Below, piece after piece: positions 13,319 through 22,446 of a DNA stretch of 41,872 bases. The position numbers and the translations under genes were made by a program. Each line of letters starts with the position of its first letter. The first letter of the stretch is position 1. The notes beneath the pieces were generated by a model. It did no database searches. It had not been told where the DNA came from and was given only the letters and a program-made list of their open reading frames with translations. This stretch comes from a virus. The DNA is taken from the IMG/VR virus record IMGVR_UViG_3300017598_000874, one strand, 5' to 3'.

Positions 13319-14383
13319 TTAGTTGTCTACAAGTACAATATCAAATCCCGCAGATACTGAAGCTCCCGTGCCGCCATTCGCAGTCATAGTTACCCGCATC
13401 TCAATATCCGTCTTCTCCGAAAACACTTCAGGATCAATATAGTCGTGGACATAAGCCGATGTTCCTGTATCTGAAACTGCGCTTTTGTGTTTCAGCTGAA
13501 ACACCTGCCCAAACGGTCGGGCAAACAGCTGCACGATGTAGCTGGAGCCTCTACCCGCTCCGGCGGTTGCCGCATACCAACTTCGCAGGTATCCGGTCTT
13601 ACCGGCAGGGATAGTGTATATTGCCATTAATGTCTGGTTATTACCGTTATCCACCTGCGCTCTAACATCTTCTGAAGCAGTGACCACTCCGGAACTTGTC
13701 GGAGAGTTGGTGATGTAGCAGGAAACCTGTCCTACAAAATCAGAAGAGCCGACATTCTTTAAACGAAACACCCGAATCAGAGGGATTGGAATTTCCGCTC
13801 GCGTCTGCCCCGTCAGGGTAACAGTCTGCACAACCTGGGTATATCCGCTGTTCAATCCCTGAATTTCAATGTCTCCCGTATCACTGCCGGACGTGCTGAT
13901 AATACTGTCAATGTTTGCAGAATCAGAATAAGTATACGACATCTCATCAAGACCGCCGTCATTTGCACCGTCCCAGATAGATACACCTCCATCACCTGTG
14001 TCAAAATCGGGCGCATTGCCGAATTTATGAATATAAGAGACTCCGGTTACGTTGCCTTGTGCGATACTCAGCCCGCTGGAATTGTCTGAAATGGCAAGGT
14101 TTCCGTCCTGCGTAACGGCCACGTTATGGAAGGTATTGTCCTCATCCATGCCGGACAGAGTTGCTTTAACAAGCATCTCAAAATTGCCGCTGTAAACGTT
14201 AGATGAAATAGTAGCTTGGTTCCCAAGCGAATCTTGAATCACCGCGCCTACGACACCGGAAACGGTCTGGGTTGTGCCGGAGGCAGGGGTCGTGATAACG
14301 CTCTTCACAGGATTAACTACAAACACCTCGCTTGGTTCAGCAAGGCAAATAAACGGAATTAGAAGTATAACAAGACGGCGCAT
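13319..14383 (-). CDS. beta-rich protein with N-terminal signal-like leader (tail-fibre-region protein)
   Basis: ATG at 14383 (the ORF-track start 14386 is a GTG one codon upstream). MRRLVILLIPFICLAEP leader. Gly/Ser/Thr-rich. Confidence 0.65.
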   Translation of the reverse strand: MRRLVILLIPFICLAEPSEVFVVNPVKSVITTPASGTTQTVSGVVGAVIQDSLGNQATISSNVYSGNFEMLVKATLSGMDEDNTFHNVAVTQDGNLAISDNSSGLSIAQGNVTGVSYIHKFGNAPDFDTGDGGVSIWDGANDGGLDEMSYTYSDSANIDSIISTSGSDTGDIEIQGLNSGYTQVVQTVTLTGQTRAEIPIPLIRVFRLKNVGSSDFVGQVSCYITNSPTSSGVVTASEDVRAQVDNGNNQTLMAIYTIPAGKTGYLRSWYAATAGAGRGSSYIVQLFARPFGQVFQLKHKSAVSDTGTSAYVHDYIDPEVFSEKTDIEMRVTMTANGGTGASVSAGFDIVLVDN

Positions 14384-14391
14384 CACAGTTC

Positions 14392-14703
14392 CTATTTATA
14401 GGTGGCGGCAGCACGGTTTGTCCACGCTGTTGTCCATAGCGAATTGTCGCCAGCACCGGAGCCATAAGCATGTTTGATGCTAACAATATTTCCACTCGCA
14501 TCCTCAATCGTGCGAATAATTTTCCAAACAGCGGCATTTGTGCTTGGCGTACCTGCGGTATTTTCCGTGGTTCTTGTCATGCCCAAATAATTAGTTGTCC
14601 CGACTGTTTCACCAATATATGAATAAGCCTTGCCTATATTCTGCGCTATGACTATGAAAGCACAGATCAGGCTCAACATAATTCCAATTATTAACTTTTT
14701 CAT
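14392..14703 (-). CDS. small protein with signal-anchor
   Basis: Start moved to MKKLIIGIMLSLICAFIVIAQ (ATG 14703), which lies 6 nt after AGGAGA. Confidence 0.55.
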   Translation of the reverse strand: MKKLIIGIMLSLICAFIVIAQNIGKAYSYIGETVGTTNYLGMTRTTENTAGTPSTNAAVWKIIRTIEDASGNIVSIKHAYGSGAGDNSLWTTAWTNRAAATYK

Positions 14704-14766
14704 TCTGATCTCCTGTGAGGATTCCTCACCGTTATTTATACTTTGTCTCAATAAGGGTCAAGGATA

Positions 14767-17700
14767 TTACCCCTTTCTTTCCCACGGCGCTTTTTGTTTC
14801 TTCTTTTTCTTTCTGCCCAGCCCGCTAATATACTCGCGCCCTTCTTCAGTACTGTAAACTCCGTAAATCAGAGCTTTAATCGCATCATCATTTTCAATGC
14901 TAAAGAGCTTCTTCCCTGCCACATCCTGTACTTCTCCGCCCTCTGCAACAGCAGAAAGAACATCAATTATGCGGGCATAGCTTGCCCCTCCACCCATTCC
15001 AAGAGTTGCCAATCCGTAAGATGCCGCCCATTTATAAACACGCTTCGGATTTTTATGTTCAGCCAAATCATAAACACCTGCGAACAAATTATCAAAATTG
15101 CGTAACAGGTCGGGCCGGGTTTCTTTATAGTGAGCAAACCGTGTTACAGGCCCGTATTTTCTCAAGAATTTTCCAATCTCTTCATCTGCCTTAAAATGTT
15201 CTGCCAGAAAAGCGTTTATTTCAGCATCAATAATATCTCCCGCATACGGAACAAAAGTTCCTGCCGTATAATAAGAGCGGCCCGTCAACCACTTCATAAA
15301 TGCAGAAATAACCGTGGCCGACATTGCCAGCCATAAAGCCCGCAACATTCTTTCTTTTACACTTAACGGCACCCCCAGCCCCATAATGGTTTTTGCATGA
15401 TTCATTGCTGTAACAGCAAAAGTCTGATGGCTTGACAACATTTTTAAAACATCCGAGTTCTGAATAAATCCGCGAGTTTCCCGACGATAATTGGATTGAG
15501 TTTCCGCACCAATAATATCAGCATATAAAGCAGCTCTTTCACCCTTCATTCCCATTTGCTGTGCTTTATAATTCATGCCGATTACAGAAGCCCGCGTTAA
15601 ATACCGCTCTACAAAAGTTGCCCCCTTATTCAGCATTTCATTAAATACTTCTATAAATGAAAGACGGGAGCCAGAAACATCTTTAACCTCCGTTGCGCCA
15701 TATAACGGCCCGTAAATATCAGAGCGTTTCATGGTTTCAAACGGGCCGTAATCACCCATATTTTCAGTGGTCGGCTGTGCTGCTAAAAGAAGCCCCCTGA
15801 AGAAGTTAATCGGCCCTGAACTGCTTATTGAAAGCCCTCCTGAAGTCCATTGTGTACCAAGCATGAACCCTGCATTTCCAACCAGGTGCGCCCGAACTCG
15901 CACACCCTGCCATTCCCGCATTAGCTTTTGCGCTTGTGAACCAACCTCAATGTTCATTCCAGAATCAAGTTTGCTTATATCACCAACAAGAGCCTCTTCA
16001 ATATATCGCTTCCAATATCCGTTATATTTCGGAAACCCTCTTGTTCCATCTTCCCGATAAACTTGACGTAATGCCTGCCGATACAAATTGATTTTGCGAA
16101 TCGCAGGAGAAATATAGGCATGATTTATCAGCTTATGAAGGTGAGCATACATCTGATTAAAATAGTTTTCCTGCTTTGCTCTGGTCTTAAAAGCCTCCGC
16201 CCAATACTGCTGATCACTACGCATAAGCTCATAGCGTGATTTTACATCTATATTGTGTCGCTCAATCAAATCTTCTATGAAAAGAAGAGATTCTTTAATG
16301 AAAACTACATCCTGCTGATCTTCTGCGGCAAATTCTTCAATCGGATTTTTCCGCAACATATCCAGCCCGTATTTATCAGATACAGCATAAAGCTGTTCAT
16401 TTGCAGATTTGCTATACGGGTTCATGCCGTGTTTACGGTACAAATCAGCCAAAATTCCTTCTTCGGTAAACAGTGCCGTGTTTTTATTGTTTACCGCTTC
16501 TACGGTAGGAATCGCCACGCCCTCTGTAGCCCCGCCAAACCCGTTTTCCACATTATCAAACTTCAACGCCTGCAATCCAACGTGTTCCGTTGAACTGTTG
16601 GTATCTTTTTGATTAACACGGGCATATAAATCCGTCATTGCAAAAACTTGATTTTCATCCAATTCCTGCAAATTGACCGTAACACCTGATGCATCAGCAT
16701 CCCGCAATACTTTTTCAGCCGCCTCGATTTTCTGCTTCGCGTCTTTGAGTTTTGTTTGATCTTCTTCTGACAAAAGCCCGGCAACTCCCTCATACCGCTT
16801 AATCAACGTCAGTCCTTCAGCCAATTCTCCAACATTGATTTTATCAGCCAGCTCTACAATTTTGGCTTTATGTTCAAGACGTGCCAGCCCTTGGAAGTAT
16901 TGCTTTACAACCGCCAAAGAATCCGTGTTATACACTTGCGGAGAAACATCCTTTTTACGGGAAACCATACTTCCAAATTTCAGGTCTTCTTTTTGAAGAA
17001 TCCAATCTGCATCTATTTCTTCTTCACTCATATATCGGTCAGCTTTACGAAGCGGAAAAAAGTAATCACCCCTGGGATTAAACCGGTCTCCGGTAATTGC
17101 TGCCGCATGAACAATTCTGTCCCGCAAAAGGGGCCGTATCTGATGCCAACGATCATAAAAAGATTTTGCCCGAGAAGACAGATCGACTCCTTCAGTCATT
17201 TCCAAAAACTGAATCTGTTCAGCGGTCAGATCTTCTGTTTTAAGTTGATTAAGCTGATCTCGCAAAGTTTTTTCAAATATGCTTTGAACATCATCGTCTG
17301 TCAGTAAAGAAAGAATAGCCCCAAACTCTGCATTAAAAGCCTGCTCGCCGCGCAAATTCAACTCAGTATTGAGTATTTCTAAATCTTCATCACGGATTCT
17401 ATCAAACGGAAGGATTCTTTCTGCGGGATAAGAAATATCCTCAGCGGGTATTGTCGCAATTTCCTGTGTAGGTTTGGCGGGATCGAAATTAACCACCTGC
17501 TCATTATAGCGGGCAAGTGCTGCCGCATCACCACGAATGGCTTTCTTGAAATTTTCCTGCTGTTCACTTGGTTTATACATCAGGTCAGCATCTTCGTCGG
17601 AGAGAGTTTCTCCTAGATGCTTGGCTTCTTGCGGGGTCAGAACCTCGGTGAACGCGTGACGGGTAGCAGGAGCCTCTTGGGAGGTGGGTTTGGCAACTAT

Positions 17701-20700
17701 CGGCATAATATTAGCAGACTCATCGGTGTATTCCTGTATTTGAACCCACTTGTCGCCAACCCTAACCTCGATGTTCTTTGGGGAAACAGCTTGCGTGGAA
17801 ATGTAATCACCCCCATCGTTGCTTACATCAGACACCATTGTGTCCGTCTGTTTTGTTCTTAACAGTCGCCCGTTTTTTCTGGTCGCATATGACTCGCCAT
17901 AAACCTCCGTGTCTGCAAAATAGTTTTTATCTCCCGTTAAACCTTCTTCTCTTATTCTTCGGAACGCCCCCTCGCTAGTCCCGTGATAAACCCACGCCAC
18001 ATCCTTCGCCCCCTCTTTAGCAGGAGCCTCTTGGGAGGTGGGTTTGGCTTCGCGAATAATGTCTTTATCTAAAACAATATACGAATCGCTTTCTGTCTTT
18101 CCCTCGTACTCATTTCTGTAAATAATGGAGTCATAACCCATTTCAAGAAACGTGTCTCTAACGACCTTTGCCGAATCTCCGCTTGATACACGACTTTCAA
18201 AAAATGTTTTTTCAGCTTCGGTCATCCCAGTTTCGTCTGAATATTTTTTCCCGCCATACTCCAGCTTTCCACGAATCGCCAAAAGATACTGGTCTGCAAC
18301 ATTCCAATCGGAAATGTCTGGCAATCTGAGCGTTTTCTTCGGGGTTATGGTGCGGGAATAAACCCTTCTGCCAAGCCCTTTTTGAACGCCAATTCTGTGA
18401 GTTGCGACCTCTTCTGTTCCAAAGTGTACGCCAATATCGCCCTTTTCAACATCGAACGATGTTATTGACTCGTCTCTTGAGCCGTGGAATACATCAAGCC
18501 CCTCTTTAGCAGGAGCTTCTTGGGGGGTGGGTTTGATTTCTGGCGAGACGTAAGTTTTCGACCCATCGTCATTAACTATCTCTGTCCACCCTTCACTCGT
18601 GCGTTGCTTGATAATGTTTTCAAGAACCTTTTTAAAAACGGGAAGCCCCTTGGCCTCTGGAGACACGGTAAAGGAAATTACATTGTCTAGCAGGTTCTTT
18701 CTGGTCGGAAACGGTGCTATAAACTCAGCAGACCCTTGCTCTATGTGGTGATCCCACCCAGGAAGGTTTTTGTTTATCCGCAACATCATGTCATTAGGAG
18801 CGCGCATCTCAATCAAAACGCCAGTGTTTTCTTTCTGTCCAAGAGCCAAATCCTTGTTGTTTGAGAAGAACAGTTCTCCTGCAATTTCACCGCTTGCCCT
18901 GTCGTCAATAAACTCTAAAGATCGCTCGATGTTTGTCTGACGAAATAGCTTATCCGTAAAGGTGCTGGCTGGTTCAAGGAACTCGCTTTTCGATTTTATG
19001 ACCCCGTTTTCTCCAATCTTTGGCATCTCCCCCTCTTTAGCAGGAGCCTCTTGGGGGGTGGGTTTGTACTCACCGCTTCGGCTAAACGGGAAGGGAACCA
19101 TGTCTCCGTTTTCTGTCTCTAGCATTGTGGGGAAGTCTTTTACATAGTCAAAGCTTTTCGGGTTATCCTGCTCGCCCCATCTTATCGAAGGGCCATCTCC
19201 CGTATCAGACTTGACCACAACTGGTATGGTTTTTACGCCAAGCTCTTTTAGAGCCATTGCTCTGTGCCTGCCCTCATGCGACATAATGCTTACCGACTCT
19301 CCCATGTTTTCAAAACGCAAATACGGCAAACTTTCAAAACGTGTTTCAGATGAAAGAAGGTCTGATACCGTTTTTTCTTTCGTCTGGTCTTTTACGGGCA
19401 GATGTTCTGCCATGTTTAGAAAATCATCAATTGGCATCCGAACAAGAGTCTCTCTTGATTTTGGATTTTGATTTGATGCTCGCTCGATTTCTGTTTGGTC
19501 AAAGTATTTGTCGCCATCTCCCCCCTCTTTAGCAGGAGCCTCTTGGGTCTCAACCATAGACTCAATTTCATCAGCCAAATGCTCCTCAACAACCTCTTGG
19601 GCTGTCTCCTGCGGGCTCTCCGACTCAACAATGCGCTCTGCATACTCTGGAGACTTCTCACCAAATAACGGTTCTATCTGCTGTGTAATCCGCTTCTTTG
19701 CCACCTCTGCATCCACATCCTGAGCAAATGCTGTGATAGAGGAGCCAAGCGCACCAAGTAATGCCCCGGCCCTCGCATTCGCCCAAAATTCAACAGGTTC
19801 AATCTCTTTATTTAAAAGCTTCTGAAGCAAAACATACTCAAACCCCTCCTGTCCACCCTCGGTAACAGACCCAAGAGCAGCTTGGGTCGCTGTTTTAGCA
19901 AGCACCCGTAGCGCAGGAGATGATAGCTTGCCGCCAATGCCACGAAGCGGTCTGAATACGCCACCAATCACCAAGTCTGAAAGAACCGCCGTCGGAGCCG
20001 CTACAGCCGTATAAATACCGGCAGCGTCATGAGCATCACCGTCAGAAAGACCGTCATCTTTGGCTTGGGAGAACGCCTCGTTGTAGTACATCCCGATGTT
20101 GATTGGCACAGAAGCAGATAAGCCGCCGATAAATGAACCGGAAGCCCTTGTTCCGCCAGCCAAAACCGATAACGATCCGCCAAACAAACCAGCTCCCGCG
20201 ACTACAGGAATAATAGATAGCAACTGACCGCCGCCGGATGTCCACACCGAGTTCAACGCATCTTCGTGAGCCACCTCATCAAACATCCCCTTTTCGGACA
20301 TAACGTTGTACAGGTCATTTCCATATTCAGTCTGATAATCACCCATATTCATAAAGAAGTCATAGGAAGGACTGTTTTCTCCATTCTTGGAGTAGTTTCT
20401 CACCAACCCAGCAATCATCTTGTTTCCACCGGAGGCGGTATGCCAAACGTGCTTTGCGGTATGCCCTGATAAAGCCCTCATATAATCCCCGAAAGTCGCT
20501 TTATCATTAATCTCAAGGCTCATTGGGTGGGCATCGGTCTGTGCTATTTTATAGGTATTGCGAAGGGATCGAACCGCCGAAGTATAGGAAGCATTTTCTC
20601 CAAAATCAGCACGAACCCGATTGGCTACGGCTTCATCACTCAATTCAGTGCCGTTCTTGTAAGAGTAATAGTTTTTAAGAAGAACGTGAGAATGAGTTTC

Positions 20701-20877
20701 ATCATCAGCTTCAACAATCTGTTTTGGAATAGAAAGAATGCTTGCTTCTGCTGTTTGCGGATTAAATGCAGAGGCATTCACCCTGCCGGAGTTAATTAAT
20801 GTAGAGCGCAATTCTTCTTGCGTTGTCCCGTCAGGGATATTTTGTACAAGCGTGCCATTTGGAAGCCTAATATCCAT
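14767..20877 (-). CDS. giant internal virion/ejection protein with polyvalent architecture (2036 aa)
   Basis: Occupies the position of T7 gp16 after two smaller internal proteins. Gly-rich hydrophobic segments in the N-terminal region. Five KPT(P/S)QEAPAKEG linkers delimit cassettes. The C-terminal region of about 965 aa has hydrophobic segments and a KKKKKQK tail. Confidence 0.8.
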   Translation of the reverse strand: MDIRLPNGTLVQNIPDGTTQEELRSTLINSGRVNASAFNPQTAEASILSIPKQIVEADDETHSHVLLKNYYSYKNGTELSDEAVANRVRADFGENASYTSAVRSLRNTYKIAQTDAHPMSLEINDKATFGDYMRALSGHTAKHVWHTASGGNKMIAGLVRNYSKNGENSPSYDFFMNMGDYQTEYGNDLYNVMSEKGMFDEVAHEDALNSVWTSGGGQLLSIIPVVAGAGLFGGSLSVLAGGTRASGSFIGGLSASVPINIGMYYNEAFSQAKDDGLSDGDAHDAAGIYTAVAAPTAVLSDLVIGGVFRPLRGIGGKLSSPALRVLAKTATQAALGSVTEGGQEGFEYVLLQKLLNKEIEPVEFWANARAGALLGALGSSITAFAQDVDAEVAKKRITQQIEPLFGEKSPEYAERIVESESPQETAQEVVEEHLADEIESMVETQEAPAKEGGDGDKYFDQTEIERASNQNPKSRETLVRMPIDDFLNMAEHLPVKDQTKEKTVSDLLSSETRFESLPYLRFENMGESVSIMSHEGRHRAMALKELGVKTIPVVVKSDTGDGPSIRWGEQDNPKSFDYVKDFPTMLETENGDMVPFPFSRSGEYKPTPQEAPAKEGEMPKIGENGVIKSKSEFLEPASTFTDKLFRQTNIERSLEFIDDRASGEIAGELFFSNNKDLALGQKENTGVLIEMRAPNDMMLRINKNLPGWDHHIEQGSAEFIAPFPTRKNLLDNVISFTVSPEAKGLPVFKKVLENIIKQRTSEGWTEIVNDDGSKTYVSPEIKPTPQEAPAKEGLDVFHGSRDESITSFDVEKGDIGVHFGTEEVATHRIGVQKGLGRRVYSRTITPKKTLRLPDISDWNVADQYLLAIRGKLEYGGKKYSDETGMTEAEKTFFESRVSSGDSAKVVRDTFLEMGYDSIIYRNEYEGKTESDSYIVLDKDIIREAKPTSQEAPAKEGAKDVAWVYHGTSEGAFRRIREEGLTGDKNYFADTEVYGESYATRKNGRLLRTKQTDTMVSDVSNDGGDYISTQAVSPKNIEVRVGDKWVQIQEYTDESANIMPIVAKPTSQEAPATRHAFTEVLTPQEAKHLGETLSDEDADLMYKPSEQQENFKKAIRGDAAALARYNEQVVNFDPAKPTQEIATIPAEDISYPAERILPFDRIRDEDLEILNTELNLRGEQAFNAEFGAILSLLTDDDVQSIFEKTLRDQLNQLKTEDLTAEQIQFLEMTEGVDLSSRAKSFYDRWHQIRPLLRDRIVHAAAITGDRFNPRGDYFFPLRKADRYMSEEEIDADWILQKEDLKFGSMVSRKKDVSPQVYNTDSLAVVKQYFQGLARLEHKAKIVELADKINVGELAEGLTLIKRYEGVAGLLSEEDQTKLKDAKQKIEAAEKVLRDADASGVTVNLQELDENQVFAMTDLYARVNQKDTNSSTEHVGLQALKFDNVENGFGGATEGVAIPTVEAVNNKNTALFTEEGILADLYRKHGMNPYSKSANEQLYAVSDKYGLDMLRKNPIEEFAAEDQQDVVFIKESLLFIEDLIERHNIDVKSRYELMRSDQQYWAEAFKTRAKQENYFNQMYAHLHKLINHAYISPAIRKINLYRQALRQVYREDGTRGFPKYNGYWKRYIEEALVGDISKLDSGMNIEVGSQAQKLMREWQGVRVRAHLVGNAGFMLGTQWTSGGLSISSSGPINFFRGLLLAAQPTTENMGDYGPFETMKRSDIYGPLYGATEVKDVSGSRLSFIEVFNEMLNKGATFVERYLTRASVIGMNYKAQQMGMKGERAALYADIIGAETQSNYRRETRGFIQNSDVLKMLSSHQTFAVTAMNHAKTIMGLGVPLSVKERMLRALWLAMSATVISAFMKWLTGRSYYTAGTFVPYAGDIIDAEINAFLAEHFKADEEIGKFLRKYGPVTRFAHYKETRPDLLRNFDNLFAGVYDLAEHKNPKRVYKWAASYGLATLGMGGGASYARIIDVLSAVAEGGEVQDVAGKKLFSIENDDAIKALIYGVYSTEEGREYISGLGRKKKKKQKAPWERKG
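17665..17694 (-). repeat. linker repeat 5 (KPTSQEAPA)
   Basis: agcaggagcctcttgggaggtgggtttggc. Confidence 0.9.
17695..18010 (-). other. cassette 4: second ART/Tpt1-like module
   Basis: VAWVYHGTSEGAFRRIREEGL...NYFADTEVYGESYA. YHGT + I..eGL is typical of H-type ART/KptA folds. Confidence 0.45.
18011..18047 (-). repeat. linker repeat 4 (KPTSQEAPAKEG)
   Basis: ccctctttagcaggagcctcttgggaggtgggtttggc. Confidence 0.9.
18048..18499 (-). other. cassette 3: ADP-ribosyltransferase-like (ART-PolyVal-like) module
   Basis: LDVFHGS...GVHFGTEEVA...DSIIYRNEYEG. This layout is recalled from polyvalent-protein ART domains and is unverified. Confidence 0.45.
18500..18535 (-). repeat. linker repeat 3 (KPTPQEAPAKEG)
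   Basis: ccctctttagcaggagcttcttggggggtgggtttg. Confidence 0.9.
18536..19030 (-). other. cassette 2: uncharacterised, possibly R-type ART-like
   Basis: LFRQT...GELFFSNNKDLALGQ parallels the YHGT...YFADTE layout of cassettes 3 and 4, with R replacing H. Speculative. Confidence 0.25.
19031..19066 (-). repeat. linker repeat 2 (KPTPQEAPAKEG)
   Basis: ccctctttagcaggagcctcttggggggtgggtttg. Confidence 0.9.
19067..19522 (-). other. cassette 1 of the giant protein: ParB/Srx-like (ParBc nuclease-like) domain
   Basis: MSHEGRHRAMALKELGVKTIPVVV (nt 19213-19278) resembles the ParB/sulfiredoxin core DGxHRxxAaxxlGxxxiPv. Confidence 0.55.
19523..19547 (-). repeat. linker repeat 1 (QEAPAKEG)
   Basis: Plus-strand cctctttagcaggagcctcttggg, shared with the four other copies. 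Confidence 0.9.
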
Positions 20878-22437
20878 TTACTTCGCTTTTGGTAATGAAT
20901 TAAAATCAATTACATTTTCTTGCCGTGGAGCTGTTCCGGGTGCCGTTATCTGCCCAAAAATGCGGAGTTGTCTTCCTGTCATTAACGAGGCATTGCGAAG
21001 CTCTGTGCTTTTAGTATCCGCAAGATTTCCAAGTTCCCCGATACGTGCCTCCAGTGCGGACTGAACTTCTTCGTCAGTACCCGTTTTTCCTTTTTCCACC
21101 ATGCCCAGCATATCATCAATAAATGAAGTCCATATGCCAACTTCTCCAGAAGCCTTTACTGCACTCGTATAAGCATTATAAAGACGATCATATTCTTTTG
21201 CGGTAAACTTCCGTTTCTCTTTGTCCAGAGGAAGACTGGTTTTGCGCTCTGAAACAATATACTCAATAATCGCCGCTTTTTGCTGTTGATTTAAAGCATT
21301 TGACGCAGAAACATCTTCAATAGTCTGATCAACATCTTCGGGATTTCCCCCAAACCAACGAAGTGATCCTGTCATATTTTTAATACGTTTCGCTAATCCC
21401 TGATTAGTCCTTGCAAGAACTTTGATTCCCTCATTACGAGCATCTCGAAGTTCAGACTTGTTTTCAAAGCTCCCCGTCTCGGTACGCTCATAAATTTCAG
21501 CAATAGGCCCGGTATTTGCAATGTTTTCAAGCCACGCCGCCGCATCAGGGATGTTGGCTTCAATTTGCCCGCCAATCTGGTCAACAACTCCGGTAACATC
21601 TTCGCCCTTCCCGATAGCATCAGCAATTTTTCCGATAAGCCCCCACGACTCTGTTATCATTTTGTTTTTAAGGGCGGCAGAAGATTTTTTAACAGCCGCA
21701 TACTGTGCAGGAGTCAAATGAGCCTTGATTTTATCAAGACTTTCTTCAAAATTAACTACTTGCGGAACATTCTGAAGCTCAGATAAAGCTCCTATTGCCG
21801 CACTGTAAGTTCCTTCTGTACGATACCGCTCAAGCTCTTCAGGAGAAATCAGCCCCTCCATCTGCATCAATACTTCATCAGACTGTTCAGATAAAGCGAG
21901 ATATTGATCTTCATCTCCGGCAAGGTAAGCATCTATTGCTTCTTTGCGAATTACGTCAGCCTCACTCTTAATTCCCACCACCGCCTTCTGCATGGCAAAA
22001 TGATTCCCTTCTTTATGCCACGCGGCCTGTTCATAGGCCGATCGCTCTCGATGATAAAGCTGGAAGTCATCAAGAGCCCTCTTAGAGCCGCGCCAGCTTT
22101 CAATAAGTCCGCCCTCCCAGTCCTTCATGCTCTCTTCCATGAAAGCGGCTTTATGCTCCGGTGTTTTATCACTAAATCCAAAATTTCTTTCGTCCGGCGG
22201 CTTTGCCATTTCAGCATCAAATCCAGAAGAAAGAGCATTTGTTTTTTCAAGACGGGCCACTTTAGCTTCAGACAAAAACCCCTGATCCTTAAACTCCCCG
22301 ATCTTCGCCACCATCTGCCCAACATTCTGCACCTGCCCGCCTAACTCACCAAGCGCAGAGGCTACAGGGTCAGACCCCTGTAATTTTACCGTTCCGTCAA
22401 GCCGGGCCGGTTGCTGTTCATAAGTTGGTATTGCCAT
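20878..22437 (-). CDS. internal virion protein (gp15-position)
   Basis: Position between the small internal protein and the giant protein. Helical and acidic. Its stop abuts the next start. Confidence 0.55.
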   Translation of the reverse strand: MAIPTYEQQPARLDGTVKLQGSDPVASALGELGGQVQNVGQMVAKIGEFKDQGFLSEAKVARLEKTNALSSGFDAEMAKPPDERNFGFSDKTPEHKAAFMEESMKDWEGGLIESWRGSKRALDDFQLYHRERSAYEQAAWHKEGNHFAMQKAVVGIKSEADVIRKEAIDAYLAGDEDQYLALSEQSDEVLMQMEGLISPEELERYRTEGTYSAAIGALSELQNVPQVVNFEESLDKIKAHLTPAQYAAVKKSSAALKNKMITESWGLIGKIADAIGKGEDVTGVVDQIGGQIEANIPDAAAWLENIANTGPIAEIYERTETGSFENKSELRDARNEGIKVLARTNQGLAKRIKNMTGSLRWFGGNPEDVDQTIEDVSASNALNQQQKAAIIEYIVSERKTSLPLDKEKRKFTAKEYDRLYNAYTSAVKASGEVGIWTSFIDDMLGMVEKGKTGTDEEVQSALEARIGELGNLADTKSTELRNASLMTGRQLRIFGQITAPGTAPRQENVIDFNSLPKAK

Positions 22438-22446
22438 AATAGTCCC

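Noticed and set aside
14393-14400. Exact TATAAATA on the minus strand here and at 32082-32089, suggesting T4-type late promoters in the late arm.
   Set aside because: There are only about 4 exact copies genome-wide, against about 2 expected by chance. Both lie within 10 nt of a start codon, and one is simply the codons Tyr-Lys-stop. This is not enough for a promoter call.
14767-17664. The idea that the C-terminal half of the 2036-aa protein is a virion RNA polymerase (N4 or crAss-like), which would explain the missing RNAP.
   Set aside because: I found no DxDGD/NADFDGD-type motif and no T7-like motifs (e.g. HDS, RxxxKxxxxxxYG). Sigma70-type promoters are present for host RNAP. Only a profile or structure search could settle this.
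17665-19547. Five regularly recurring 25-37-bp repeats that could be mistaken for a CRISPR array.
   Set aside because: Spacing is 320-530 bp, not 25-50 bp. The repeats are in frame inside a 6.1-kb ORF and encode a peptide linker. There are no cas genes.
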